DNA of 64,000 nucleotides from sequence record CP071152.1. The stretch is one strand, 5' to 3'. Both the position numbers and the translations under genes were made by a program. The notes under the pieces are model-generated. The model had not been told where the DNA came from. It worked only from the letters and a program-made list of their open reading frames with translations, and did not search any database. Positions 9,133 to 17,529 of the stretch are shown here, piece by piece. Source of the stretch: a plasmid. Position 1 is the first letter of the stretch, and every line of letters starts with the position of its first letter.

Positions 9133-10932
9133 TTATTCGTCGTCGTCGTCGTTGACTTGGGTGGCACGGCCTTCACCACGCTTAATCTCCTCATCCCTGC
9201 AAAGGACCAAGGCGGTGTTGATCGTCTCCACGCTGCCAGGGTCTTTGAAGGTGATGATCCCGCGACTGCCTATCTGCTCGAAGGTGAAGAACCGGCAGTC
9301 CGCTACGAAAGTGGGGATGTCGGAAGGCTTGATGCCGCGCTCCTTCATCAGGTCTGCCACCAGAGTTCGGATCTCCGCTGTCGCCATGTTCTGGGCGGTG
9401 CAGCTGGTTTCCAGCTCCAGCTTCTCGGCCAGGAACCGTTGAACCTTGGGAGTCTGACTTGCTCGGGCGACCAGGTGTTCGCTGTTGAGGCGCTTGATGA
9501 CGGCACCGGCGATCTGGGAGTGGGTGATGTTGACGCGGCTAATCCCCAGCAGCACACGTTCCAAGGCATTGGCGATGTTGACGCGCAATACGCCCCGGCG
9601 CGAGATGATGTCAGACACTTCCACCACGCTGCCGGTCAGTTGCAGCGGGTCGGCCTCTAAATCGACGCCATTGATCAGCTTGCTTGCCCGCCCGGTGAGG
9701 ATCCGGTACTCGGCAAACACGCTCTTCTCGTTGGTGTCCACCATGGAGTCCGAGATGAAATCGTTGATGGCTACCAGATACTCGGGCTTATCGAGGGTGA
9801 TGGTCATCTTGCGGCCTTCGATCGCCGCGCTGTAGTACCGGGTACGGATGCAGCGTTTGTCAGCGTCAGACAGGCCAAAGGCATTACGCAGCAGCATGGG
9901 GGCCGGGCGCTCGATGGTGGACGGATCCACGCCGACCAGATGGCACAAGGTCTGCTCGATAATTTTGAAATCCCGACTCTTTAACCGGTGATTCGAGCCA
10001 ATGGCATGGGTGATCTCAAAGATGTGCGACCCAAGCTTGGTCACGCCGTCCACCACGGACCCTTGTGGGGACTTGGCGATGATATTAACCAGCCCATCCC
10101 GCAGTTCGGTGACGCTCATCAAGGTGGTGTCGAGCTCGCGGGTGTGCTCAGCCGCGTCGACCAAAAATTCGTTCATTTTGGTTCGCAGCTGCGCCTTAAA
10201 CGACACGATCATGTCGTCTTTGCTCCGCTTCACCTCAAAATATTTGGTTTTGACGGTTTTGGTCTCGTGCAGCCCCATTTCGCGGTACCGCTCCAGGACG
10301 CTTGCCGCTATGTGGGAGCCTTCATTCTCATAGCTGGATATGTTCGGGTAGTCCTCGCGGCTGACCATGGCGGCCACTTGCGAGAAGAGCTCCAGGGTGT
10401 TGCCAGCGAGTTTGCCGTTTTTGGTGAAGCCGGGCGAAATGATGAACCGTTGGCCGTTGATCTGGCAGTGATAGCCCTCGGCGGAGACGGTGTGCTTGGA
10501 GGCCGGGCCGGAGTTCATGGCAAAGCAGTCGTAGGCACAGGACATGAGGGTGCGCAGCCGGGAACCGACATCCCCGATACGCGGGTGCAGCATGGCCGAG
10601 TTGCGATTGGTGATCGACTTGAAGTTCAAGAAGGATTTCCAGCAGGCTTCCTCACTGACGAACTCGCCAGCTTTGTACATGCTCAGGTACATCAGCAGCT
10701 CCATGGAGCGGCTGACGATGCTCGGCGGCTCTTGGTCACCACGCTCCCACTTCGAGTACGTGTTGGTGCTGGTGCAACCTAACCGTTTGGCCATGGTCTC
10801 CTGACTCAGCAGGGGAATACCATCAAAGGTGGCAAGGTAGGCCCGCATCAAACTGAAATCGTGCCAGGTCAATACGTTCTGGGTGTCATTGTTGTCGCGC
10901 ACTTCTGCGTTAACAGTTGGTTTACGTGCCAT
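9133..10932 (-). CDS. Large (599 aa) protein with an N-terminal XRE-type HTH (LGCTSTNTYSKWERGDQEPP) and an uncharacterised C-terminal ~500 aa
   Basis: Start taken at MARKPTVNAEV; HTH motif shared with ORFs 12497..12835 and 40484..40702; embedded within the T4SS operon. Confidence 0.55.
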   Translation of the reverse strand: MARKPTVNAEVRDNNDTQNVLTWHDFSLMRAYLATFDGIPLLSQETMAKRLGCTSTNTYSKWERGDQEPPSIVSRSMELLMYLSMYKAGEFVSEEACWKSFLNFKSITNRNSAMLHPRIGDVGSRLRTLMSCAYDCFAMNSGPASKHTVSAEGYHCQINGQRFIISPGFTKNGKLAGNTLELFSQVAAMVSREDYPNISSYENEGSHIAASVLERYREMGLHETKTVKTKYFEVKRSKDDMIVSFKAQLRTKMNEFLVDAAEHTRELDTTLMSVTELRDGLVNIIAKSPQGSVVDGVTKLGSHIFEITHAIGSNHRLKSRDFKIIEQTLCHLVGVDPSTIERPAPMLLRNAFGLSDADKRCIRTRYYSAAIEGRKMTITLDKPEYLVAINDFISDSMVDTNEKSVFAEYRILTGRASKLINGVDLEADPLQLTGSVVEVSDIISRRGVLRVNIANALERVLLGISRVNITHSQIAGAVIKRLNSEHLVARASQTPKVQRFLAEKLELETSCTAQNMATAEIRTLVADLMKERGIKPSDIPTFVADCRFFTFEQIGSRGIITFKDPGSVETINTALVLCRDEEIKRGEGRATQVNDDDDE

Positions 10933-10989
10933 AGAATGTCCTTTAATAATTGCCCGATAGTATCCTATTCGGGTAAAATCGTGCAAATA

Positions 10990-11724
10990 TCAATGTTGGG
11001 TTTGCGTGTTGACTGCATCTCGCCGACGAATGGCGGTACTGAGACTGGTCATGACACTATCTGTTGACATGCCGGGATAATTCTCGACGTAGATGGATAA
11101 CATCATGTGGGCTATCTGTAGCGCCTCCATCAGCGGGATCGGCACAGCCTTGGGTGGCTTGTTCTGCTCAAACACGGAGCAGAAGACCGACTTGCCCTGA
11201 TGGGTCAGCTGGAAGCCCTTCTTAGCCCCGCCCTGGGGGCCGTGGTTGTCGAACTTCACCGTGGGATTGTTGCCCATCCCAAGCAGCACCGCGACGACCT
11301 CCAGGTATTCACCTCGGGTGAACTGGATGCGGGTTTTCTGCTGCCAGTTGTAGACGCGGGTCGCCGGGTTCAACATCTCAGCGCCTTCAAGGGAGACCGT
11401 CAGGAAATTTTTGCGGGTGACATCGGGACAAAAATTTAGGGCAGCGCGGGAACCATGCACTTTTAAACTGAAATACTCAGGGTACTTGTCGAGCAGGGGG
11501 GACTTCCCGCCCTCTGGTTCGCTCCGGGAAGCGGGACGTTGCGCGTTGCCTTGCCGAGGGGCATTAGCTGGTGGCTGAGTCTCGTAGTGAGGCGCGGGAT
11601 CGTACTGCTCGTACTGCTCGTACTGATCATATCCCTGGTAGTTCTGTTGGGTTTCATTCCGCGCGGGAGCCGCAGTCGACTCAGTTGCGACAGGTCTGGT
11701 ATGATTGTGGTAATTGCGGTACAT
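10990..11724 (-). CDS. Hypothetical protein with a Q/Y/E-rich low-complexity N-terminus (QGYDQYEQYEQYDPAPHYE) and a globular C-terminal part
   Basis: 244-aa ORF directly following 9133..10932 on the same strand. Confidence 0.45.
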   Translation of the reverse strand: MYRNYHNHTRPVATESTAAPARNETQQNYQGYDQYEQYEQYDPAPHYETQPPANAPRQGNAQRPASRSEPEGGKSPLLDKYPEYFSLKVHGSRAALNFCPDVTRKNFLTVSLEGAEMLNPATRVYNWQQKTRIQFTRGEYLEVVAVLLGMGNNPTVKFDNHGPQGGAKKGFQLTHQGKSVFCSVFEQNKPPKAVPIPLMEALQIAHMMLSIYVENYPGMSTDSVMTSLSTAIRRRDAVNTQTQH

Positions 11725-11821
11725 GATGCGCTCCTGACGGTTTCACAAAATAACTATAACATACCGCCTGGGATAGTCAGAAGCATTTATCAAATTTCCG
11801 CCTACTTTATTTTTTATTCCC

Positions 11822-11854
11822 TCCCAAAAAGCAAAAACCGCCACAGTGGGCGGT
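11822..11854 (-). terminator. Putative rho-independent terminator (minus strand): ACCGCC-acagtg-GGCGGT stem followed by TTTTTGCTTTTT
   Basis: Perfect 6-bp stem and a T-run on the minus strand. Confidence 0.45.
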
Positions 11855-12002
11855 CATGTCACTCTCTGGCCAGATCACGCTGGCAAGCGATAGAGCAGCC
11901 AGTTGTTCACCCAGAGCACCGCCCAGTGCAGCACCCAGTAGACCAATGCCACGAGAACTGGCCCAAACAGGCACGCCAGCGCCGTTTTGTGCCAACGTCC
12001 AA

Positions 12003-12467
12003 TCACTCCAAAAAACCTGAGCAGCAGCTTGCCCATCTTAAATGCGAAAGGGGACTCCCTCCGACGTAGGTGGGAGGGGAATTTCGCCGGGGCGTCAGCC
12101 CCGCTGGTTTTGAATGTATTGCTTGATCACCTCCAACGGTGCTCCGCCGCAAGAGCCCGCAAAGTAAGAGCGTGACCAGAGTACGGGTTTGCTGTAAGCA
12201 CCTCTCAAGTCCAGAAAATGTTTTGATGGCGGTGATCAGGCCGGAATAGTAACCCGCCACCCAGTTATAGGGGACGGCGAGTGCCTGCCAGTGGGCAATC
12301 AGGTTAAGCACCGACTTGGCGAAATTGAAGAGCCACACGAGCACAGCGCCTATCAGCAAGAACCCGCAGATTATGCCGAGCCCTTTGGCCGAATCGGCAG
12401 CCGTTTCAGAAATCGGCTCTACGAACCCCTCTAGCTCTCCGTTCTTATCGTACACAGGGATCTTCAT
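12003..12467 (-). CDS. Possible small membrane protein (MKIPVYDKNGELEGFVEPI...GLGIICGFLLIGAVLVWLF); distal half of the ORF looks non-coding
   Basis: ORF present but its C-terminal half has odd composition; may be shorter or frameshifted. Confidence 0.3.
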   Translation of the reverse strand: MKIPVYDKNGELEGFVEPISETAADSAKGLGIICGFLLIGAVLVWLFNFAKSVLNLIAHWQALAVPYNWVAGYYSGLITAIKTFSGLERCLQQTRTLVTLLLCGLLRRSTVGGDQAIHSKPAGLTPRRNSPPTYVGGSPLSHLRWASCCSGFLE

Positions 12468-12496
12468 TCATCACCTCACTGCGTTCAGTTGATAGC

Positions 12497-12835
12497 TCAG
12501 GCGTTGGCCTCACCCTTACCGGCGTCGCGGGTGAACCTTGCTAACAGCGCCATCGCATGGCTTTCGCCTTTGAAGTGGCCCTTGTTGGCGAGCGTCACAT
12601 AGAGCAGCAATTCGACGGCGCGGCAGGCGAACGGCGGCGGGGGTTGGTAACCTCTTTCCCATTTGGAATACGTGTTGCAGGCAACGCCGAGCAGATCGGC
12701 CATTTGATGTTGGCTCAACTTCTGATCTGGCCGCAGGTGGGCGATGAAGAGTCGCACCTGGAGGAAATCATTGGCGTTGAGCGGGGATGGTTTGCCCTCT
12801 ATCCATGGGGTGGCGTGGGGGGCGCGGGCTGTCAC
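12497..12835 (-). CDS. XRE-family HTH DNA-binding protein
   Basis: LLGVACNTYSKWERGYQPPP helix-turn-helix; 112 aa. Confidence 0.6.
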   Translation of the reverse strand: MTARAPHATPWIEGKPSPLNANDFLQVRLFIAHLRPDQKLSQHQMADLLGVACNTYSKWERGYQPPPPFACRAVELLLYVTLANKGHFKGESHAMALLARFTRDAGKGEANA

Positions 12836-12840
12836 GGCAG

Positions 12841-13446
12841 TTACCGGAAGGCGGCAAAGCTGGGGGTCGGCTTGCCAGCGTCCTTGGTGGACGCCGAGAC
12901 GGATGTGCGGGCCAGCATCGCCGGGATCGGCATGGTGGGCACGGCTCGCTCGTCACTCAGGGCGGCGAACTGCACCGGCTCAGCCGGTTGCGTGAACTGC
13001 ACCCGGGCGGGGGTGAAGCCGTACTGCTTCTTGAGGCGGTTGTAGTGGCCCAGGAATCGCTGCAAGTAGACGCTGCGCTTGCTCGGGGTGACGGAGTGAT
13101 AGTCGCCCACCCCCTCCCAGATGACCCCGCCCCGGTTGCGGATCTTGGATTTGAGGAACCAGGTACCCACCATGATGTTCACGCACGGGTTGTAGGTGAT
13201 GTGCCGCCAGGTGAGGAACGGGTACTCCTTGTTGATGATCTTGAGGTTGATGGTGTTGATCTGCATCGGCCCCAGATCGAATGAGCCGTTGGTGTTGCGC
13301 GACATGGTCCCTACCTGTCCTCCCTCCACTTTGAGGATGGAGCGGATCACCAGCTCCGGTACGCCGTAGGTGCGCGAGGCGGTAGCCACACACTGAGAAA
13401 CGACAGGCTCGGGAATGGGGTAGGGGGGCGGGGCAACGGCGGGCAT
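12841..13446 (-). CDS. Lytic transglycosylase (SLT domain), T4SS-associated
   Basis: SLT-like motifs (ELVIRSILKVEGG..., GPMQIN) typical of ICE/T4SS peptidoglycan hydrolases. Confidence 0.75.
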   Translation of the reverse strand: MPAVAPPPYPIPEPVVSQCVATASRTYGVPELVIRSILKVEGGQVGTMSRNTNGSFDLGPMQINTINLKIINKEYPFLTWRHITYNPCVNIMVGTWFLKSKIRNRGGVIWEGVGDYHSVTPSKRSVYLQRFLGHYNRLKKQYGFTPARVQFTQPAEPVQFAALSDERAVPTMPIPAMLARTSVSASTKDAGKPTPSFAAFR

Positions 13447-13449
13447 CGG

Positions 13450-13974
13450 TCATTCTCCCTGATTGATAGTGTCAACTGGGTACATTTTAAAGTCCGGCGA
13501 GGCGATGATCACGCTGTTCTCATTGAGCACAATGCCGTTGTTGGCCCGTAACCGCTCAATGAGGATGCGCTGCGCCTCGACAGGGTCTTTGGCCATCATC
13601 GCCTTGGCGGCGATCTCCTCTGGCGTGCTGTAGTAGATCATCGGGGCGTCCTTGATCTCGTAGTAGGACATCGTGAACAGCTTGAACCCCAGCAGCACCG
13701 CTGCCCCCAGGTTGATCACGCACAGCGTTACCAGCACCGGCACCAGTTTTGACTCCTTGGTGGCGGGGGCCGGGGCGGAGGCCTCCGGTGAAGACTCGGG
13801 CCCAGCGAACGGGTGGGGGCTGAACATATCGGGCTCGAAGTCATCCTCCGGCTTCTCTTGCTCAACCACCTTATCCTTCTGCTCATCCTCCTTCCCAATG
13901 GTCGACGGCTCTGGCTGTCCTGCGGGGACATCACCATGGGCGTTAAACGGCGGTAATTCACGATCGTTGCTCAT
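13450..13974 (-). CDS. ICE membrane protein (single TM segment; Pro/Glu-rich N-terminus)
   Basis: Hydrophobic stretch LVPVLVTLCVINLGAAVLLGF; position within the T4SS operon. Confidence 0.5.
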   Translation of the reverse strand: MSNDRELPPFNAHGDVPAGQPEPSTIGKEDEQKDKVVEQEKPEDDFEPDMFSPHPFAGPESSPEASAPAPATKESKLVPVLVTLCVINLGAAVLLGFKLFTMSYYEIKDAPMIYYSTPEEIAAKAMMAKDPVEAQRILIERLRANNGIVLNENSVIIASPDFKMYPVDTINQGE

Positions 13975-13978
13975 AGAC

Positions 13979-15358
13979 TCACTCCACTACCGGCAAGCTC
14001 ATGCCTTTTTCGAGGAAAAAGGTCACGGGGGTACCGGGGCTGATCTCGATGACCGGCCATTGTTGTTCGGCGATGGAGATGGCGTACTGGGCCAGACGGT
14101 CTGCACCACCCGAGAGACCACCCATCGCACCGGACTTGCCAACATCGGTCATGTCGGGTGTTTGGAAGGTGGTTGTTTCACCCGGATTCTGGTCGAGCGT
14201 CGGGATGGCCTGGGGCTTTGTCGCTTCGGCCACAGCTGACAAGAACGACGCACCGAAGGTGGCGATCAGCGCCTTGCCTGCACGGGACACCACTGTACCT
14301 CGGATCCCGTTACGACCGTCGTAGTCCGACACCGCATAGCCGATCATCCCCGTTTCCAGCGACTCGCCCCGCTCGTTGATACAGCTCATAGTCACCGAGC
14401 GGATATAGACGCGTTCAGAGGCCAGATCCCCGGTCACAGATCCAATCACAAAGCAGTCTGCGAGATCCGCATTGTAGGAGTTGGGCATCAGCACATCGAG
14501 CTTGACCCGGATGGTGGTGGGCAGGGGGGACGCATTCTTACTCAACGCGGTAGGCGCGTCCACGCCATTCAGCATCACGCCTGAAATGATGGAACCAGCA
14601 GGGATGTAGGTTTTGGCTTTCTGCTTAACCATGTCCCGCTTTTTCTTTTCAATTTCAGGGTTCTTCGGGTTTTTTTCGATGGCCGCCTGTTGTGCAGAGC
14701 TCGGCTTCACCTTTCCGCTGGGATCGCGTTCGACGTACTGGACGACAATGGGCGTCTCCTCAACTTCACCGGTCTTCTTGATGTTGGTGATGGAGGTCTG
14801 GCTGACCGTGCGGATCATACCGTTGGTTTCGCGTCCGCGTGCCCGAGAGACGTTCTGGTACTGCGGGGTGAGGGCCGCGCCGGGGCCTTGCACGACAGGG
14901 CCAGATCCGCCATTTTCGCCGGTCACGCCGGTTTCTCTGGCCCGAGTAATGCGCGGGTCATTGATGTTGGCATTGATCTGCTGGTTGTTGCGGGTCAGGA
15001 CGCTGATCACCTGGTTCTGATCGGCCACCTGGCGCTGCAACTCGGTCATCTTCTGCAAGACCTTATCCAGGTCTTTCTTCTGGCTTTCACTCATGCGCTG
15101 GGTGTCGCGCTTGATGTTCATCAGCTCCTTCTTCTGCTGGTCGTAGGTGGCTTGGGCCATGTCGGTGTCCACCTTCTCCAGTGCGCCGGTATCGAACACA
15201 TTCGACTCGACTAGATCACGGCGAACCTTCTTGGCGACGGGGGCCTCTTCATTCCAGTTCAGCGCCGTTTGTGCAACGGCCAGCACAGTGATGAAGGTCA
15301 CCCCCATCAGGCCCATCCGTACCGGCTTTTTCTTCAATAATTCCTGAATGCGGCTCAT
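13979..15358 (-). CDS. ICE conjugative protein with a TM segment plus coiled coil (PFL_4711/TIGR03752-like)
   Basis: Start at MSRIQELLKKKPVRMGLMGVTFITVLAVA; coiled-coil region (QKKELMNIKRDTQRMSESQKKDLDKVLQKMTELQRQVADQN). Confidence 0.6.
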   Translation of the reverse strand: MSRIQELLKKKPVRMGLMGVTFITVLAVAQTALNWNEEAPVAKKVRRDLVESNVFDTGALEKVDTDMAQATYDQQKKELMNIKRDTQRMSESQKKDLDKVLQKMTELQRQVADQNQVISVLTRNNQQINANINDPRITRARETGVTGENGGSGPVVQGPGAALTPQYQNVSRARGRETNGMIRTVSQTSITNIKKTGEVEETPIVVQYVERDPSGKVKPSSAQQAAIEKNPKNPEIEKKKRDMVKQKAKTYIPAGSIISGVMLNGVDAPTALSKNASPLPTTIRVKLDVLMPNSYNADLADCFVIGSVTGDLASERVYIRSVTMSCINERGESLETGMIGYAVSDYDGRNGIRGTVVSRAGKALIATFGASFLSAVAEATKPQAIPTLDQNPGETTTFQTPDMTDVGKSGAMGGLSGGADRLAQYAISIAEQQWPVIEISPGTPVTFFLEKGMSLPVVE

Positions 15359-15368
15359 CTGGTGCCCC

Positions 15369-16556
15369 TCACTTGACGGCGGATGTGGTTGGCATGAAGG
15401 GTTTTCCACCTGCAACCTGGCGATAGCCATTCAAGCCAAAGGTGCCGTTGTTATCCAAGCGGGGTCGGGTCTGCATCTGTTGCTGCTTCTTGGACCAGTT
15501 CTTGTCCCGCACGATATAGACCTCCGTGCTGGCACCTGGTCGCAAGGCTGCCGCATCCATCACGCCGACGGCCAAGGCGTCCCGGCTCAGGCACATTTCC
15601 TCTTTGATGTTCGATTCATAGGTCGTGTTATTACTCACCAAGACCACATCAATGTACTCACGGGCCCCGACCATCCTCTGTCCGAGTTTGTTGGTGAGCC
15701 CCTGGAACTTGCAGGGCACCTTGTAACCTCTGGGCACTTCGGAGAGGTCATCGGCCAGCGTGAAACCGGCGGGCACCTGGCCTAATGCCGTGGTACGCAG
15801 GATCTCTTTGATGCGTTCGGTGTGACGGTCAGAACGCACGATCTCTTCTTCCTCCGAGATCGCCTTATCGACCATCTCGGCCTCGCGGTTCTTGCGCTGG
15901 TACTGATAGGCGTCGTTGAGCATGTCGCCTGACATCGGAATGCGGACCTTCACCAGTGCCGGGGGAACATCGACTGGCACAGCGGTCAGGTTGATGGCGC
16001 TGTTGGGGACACCCTGCTCCATCAGGATGAGACCCACGGCTTCTGATTTGTTGATGGTCAGGTAGAGCACGCCGCCATCGACTTCCAGCACGGCGGCCTC
16101 GTCGGAGGTTTTGACGGACACGTTTTTAAAATTGGTCTCGATCCGGTTCATCAGCCCGAGCGAAACGGGCACCATGACGTTGCCAGACGGGCGCACAGTC
16201 ATGGTTTGCGTCGGTGAGTATTTGGACTTCACCATTTCCGCCCAAACGTCATTGGCGCTTTCCCCGAGCTCAAGGTTCTGCGGGGAGTTTGACGATGGAC
16301 TCACCTTGCCCTGCTCCCGTTGCGTCATTTGCAGCAACAGCTTTTGTTCTTCCGGCATGGCGGGCACGTTGACCGGCAGGGGAGTAGAAGTCGGCGTGCC
16401 CAGGCTATCGGAGATGATCCCGCCCACGGTCTGAACCGGATTATCTGCGGCGAGCTTTTCCGGGTGGGCGACTTCCAAGGGCAGCGGGCTCTCTGCGTGA
16501 GCCAGCGAACCCAGCAGCAGCGCGATGGTTAGAGAAAGGGGGGCGATACGCATCAA
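15369..16556 (-). CDS. ICE conjugative periplasmic protein (TIGR03749-like) with a signal peptide
   Basis: MMRIAPLSLTIALLLGSLAHA signal peptide; 395 aa; 4-bp overlap with the next gene. Confidence 0.6.
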   Translation of the reverse strand: MMRIAPLSLTIALLLGSLAHAESPLPLEVAHPEKLAADNPVQTVGGIISDSLGTPTSTPLPVNVPAMPEEQKLLLQMTQREQGKVSPSSNSPQNLELGESANDVWAEMVKSKYSPTQTMTVRPSGNVMVPVSLGLMNRIETNFKNVSVKTSDEAAVLEVDGGVLYLTINKSEAVGLILMEQGVPNSAINLTAVPVDVPPALVKVRIPMSGDMLNDAYQYQRKNREAEMVDKAISEEEEIVRSDRHTERIKEILRTTALGQVPAGFTLADDLSEVPRGYKVPCKFQGLTNKLGQRMVGAREYIDVVLVSNNTTYESNIKEEMCLSRDALAVGVMDAAALRPGASTEVYIVRDKNWSKKQQQMQTRPRLDNNGTFGLNGYRQVAGGKPFMPTTSAVK

Positions 16557-17422
16557 TGCTGCTCCTTAGTGGGCTTGGCTTGCTGAACTTTACTGCTCGA
16601 TTTCTTGGGTGGCTCGATCACCATCCCTTCTTCTGTCACGCCGTTCGCCCGATCAAAGCGCGGCAGACCATCGTACTGGTCGATGTGGGTGACCACGGGC
16701 ATCCCCAACTCGTTGAGCCTGATGATGAACTCGAACGTCCAGCGGCGGCGATCTGCGGAGTCTTCGGTGGCGGAGGTGGCTTGTTTATTCGAGGAGGCGA
16801 GCTGCGTGGTCTTGTAGCCCCAGACCCAGACCATGCGGGTACTGGCTTCGTACTTGAGATCCTGCACCTCAAAACTCTGGGTGAGGTTGGACATACGCAT
16901 CATGTCGACAATCCGGCGGATGTCACGCTCCTTCTCCAGCTGTAGGTTGGTGGAGAGCATGGCGACCACCTGTTTACTGACAAACTCGACGTTGCGCGGG
17001 TTGATGTTGCCGATCATGTGGGCCAGATACAGGGCCCAGCTTTCCTGCCACTCCTTGTTGGGCAGGCCGTCTTCGATACGAATTTCACCGGTGAGGACGG
17101 GGGGTTTGATCACCACGGTCGGCTTTTGGTTCAGCTGTGACCACAAGCTCATCATCAGCAGCAGCACCAGGCCTACGTTGGAGACCAGCAGGAAGTTGGT
17201 CTTGACCATCGCGGCTGACCAGGAGGTGTGGGAGCCGTGCTCACGGTCCTCGCCGGACAGGGTGTAGGAACGAGGGGCGAAAGGTACGTCGGGCTCTACG
17301 GTGAGGGTGGCAGCCCCCCCAGCGGCATCAGGGCCGACAGTCGGTTCGTCGCGCTCCTGCTTCTGGCTTGGCATCTTCCGATTGAACAAAGCTTTGAAAA
17401 AATTGCCGATGGGGTCTGACAT
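16553..17422 (-). CDS. ICE conjugative membrane protein (TIGR03746-like)
   Basis: TM segment FLLVSNVGLVLLLMMSLW; position within the operon. Confidence 0.55.
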   Translation of the reverse strand: MSDPIGNFFKALFNRKMPSQKQERDEPTVGPDAAGGAATLTVEPDVPFAPRSYTLSGEDREHGSHTSWSAAMVKTNFLLVSNVGLVLLLMMSLWSQLNQKPTVVIKPPVLTGEIRIEDGLPNKEWQESWALYLAHMIGNINPRNVEFVSKQVVAMLSTNLQLEKERDIRRIVDMMRMSNLTQSFEVQDLKYEASTRMVWVWGYKTTQLASSNKQATSATEDSADRRRWTFEFIIRLNELGMPVVTHIDQYDGLPRFDRANGVTEEGMVIEPPKKSSSKVQQAKPTKEQH

Positions 17423-17456
17423 ATGACATCCAAAGTTGGCTATGAAACTGTCCTGT

Positions 17457-17512
17457 CAGGATAGCTAACTACGGATTACAGTCAATGACAAAATGCCGCT
17501 AACTATCCTATT
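17457..17512. promoter_or_regulatory. Promoter region carrying an inverted AGGATAG ... CTATCCTAT motif pair
   Basis: CAGGATAG at 17457-17464 and AACTATCCTATT at 17501-17512; the same CTATCCTAT box recurs at 19514 and 22204. Confidence 0.35.
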
Positions 17513-17529
17513 GGGTTATGTTCTGACGC

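Noticed and set aside
11807-11995. 62-aa minus-strand ORF (Gly/Ala-rich) as a pilin-like gene
   Set aside because: It overlaps the predicted terminator hairpin and lacks a convincing start context; left uncalled.
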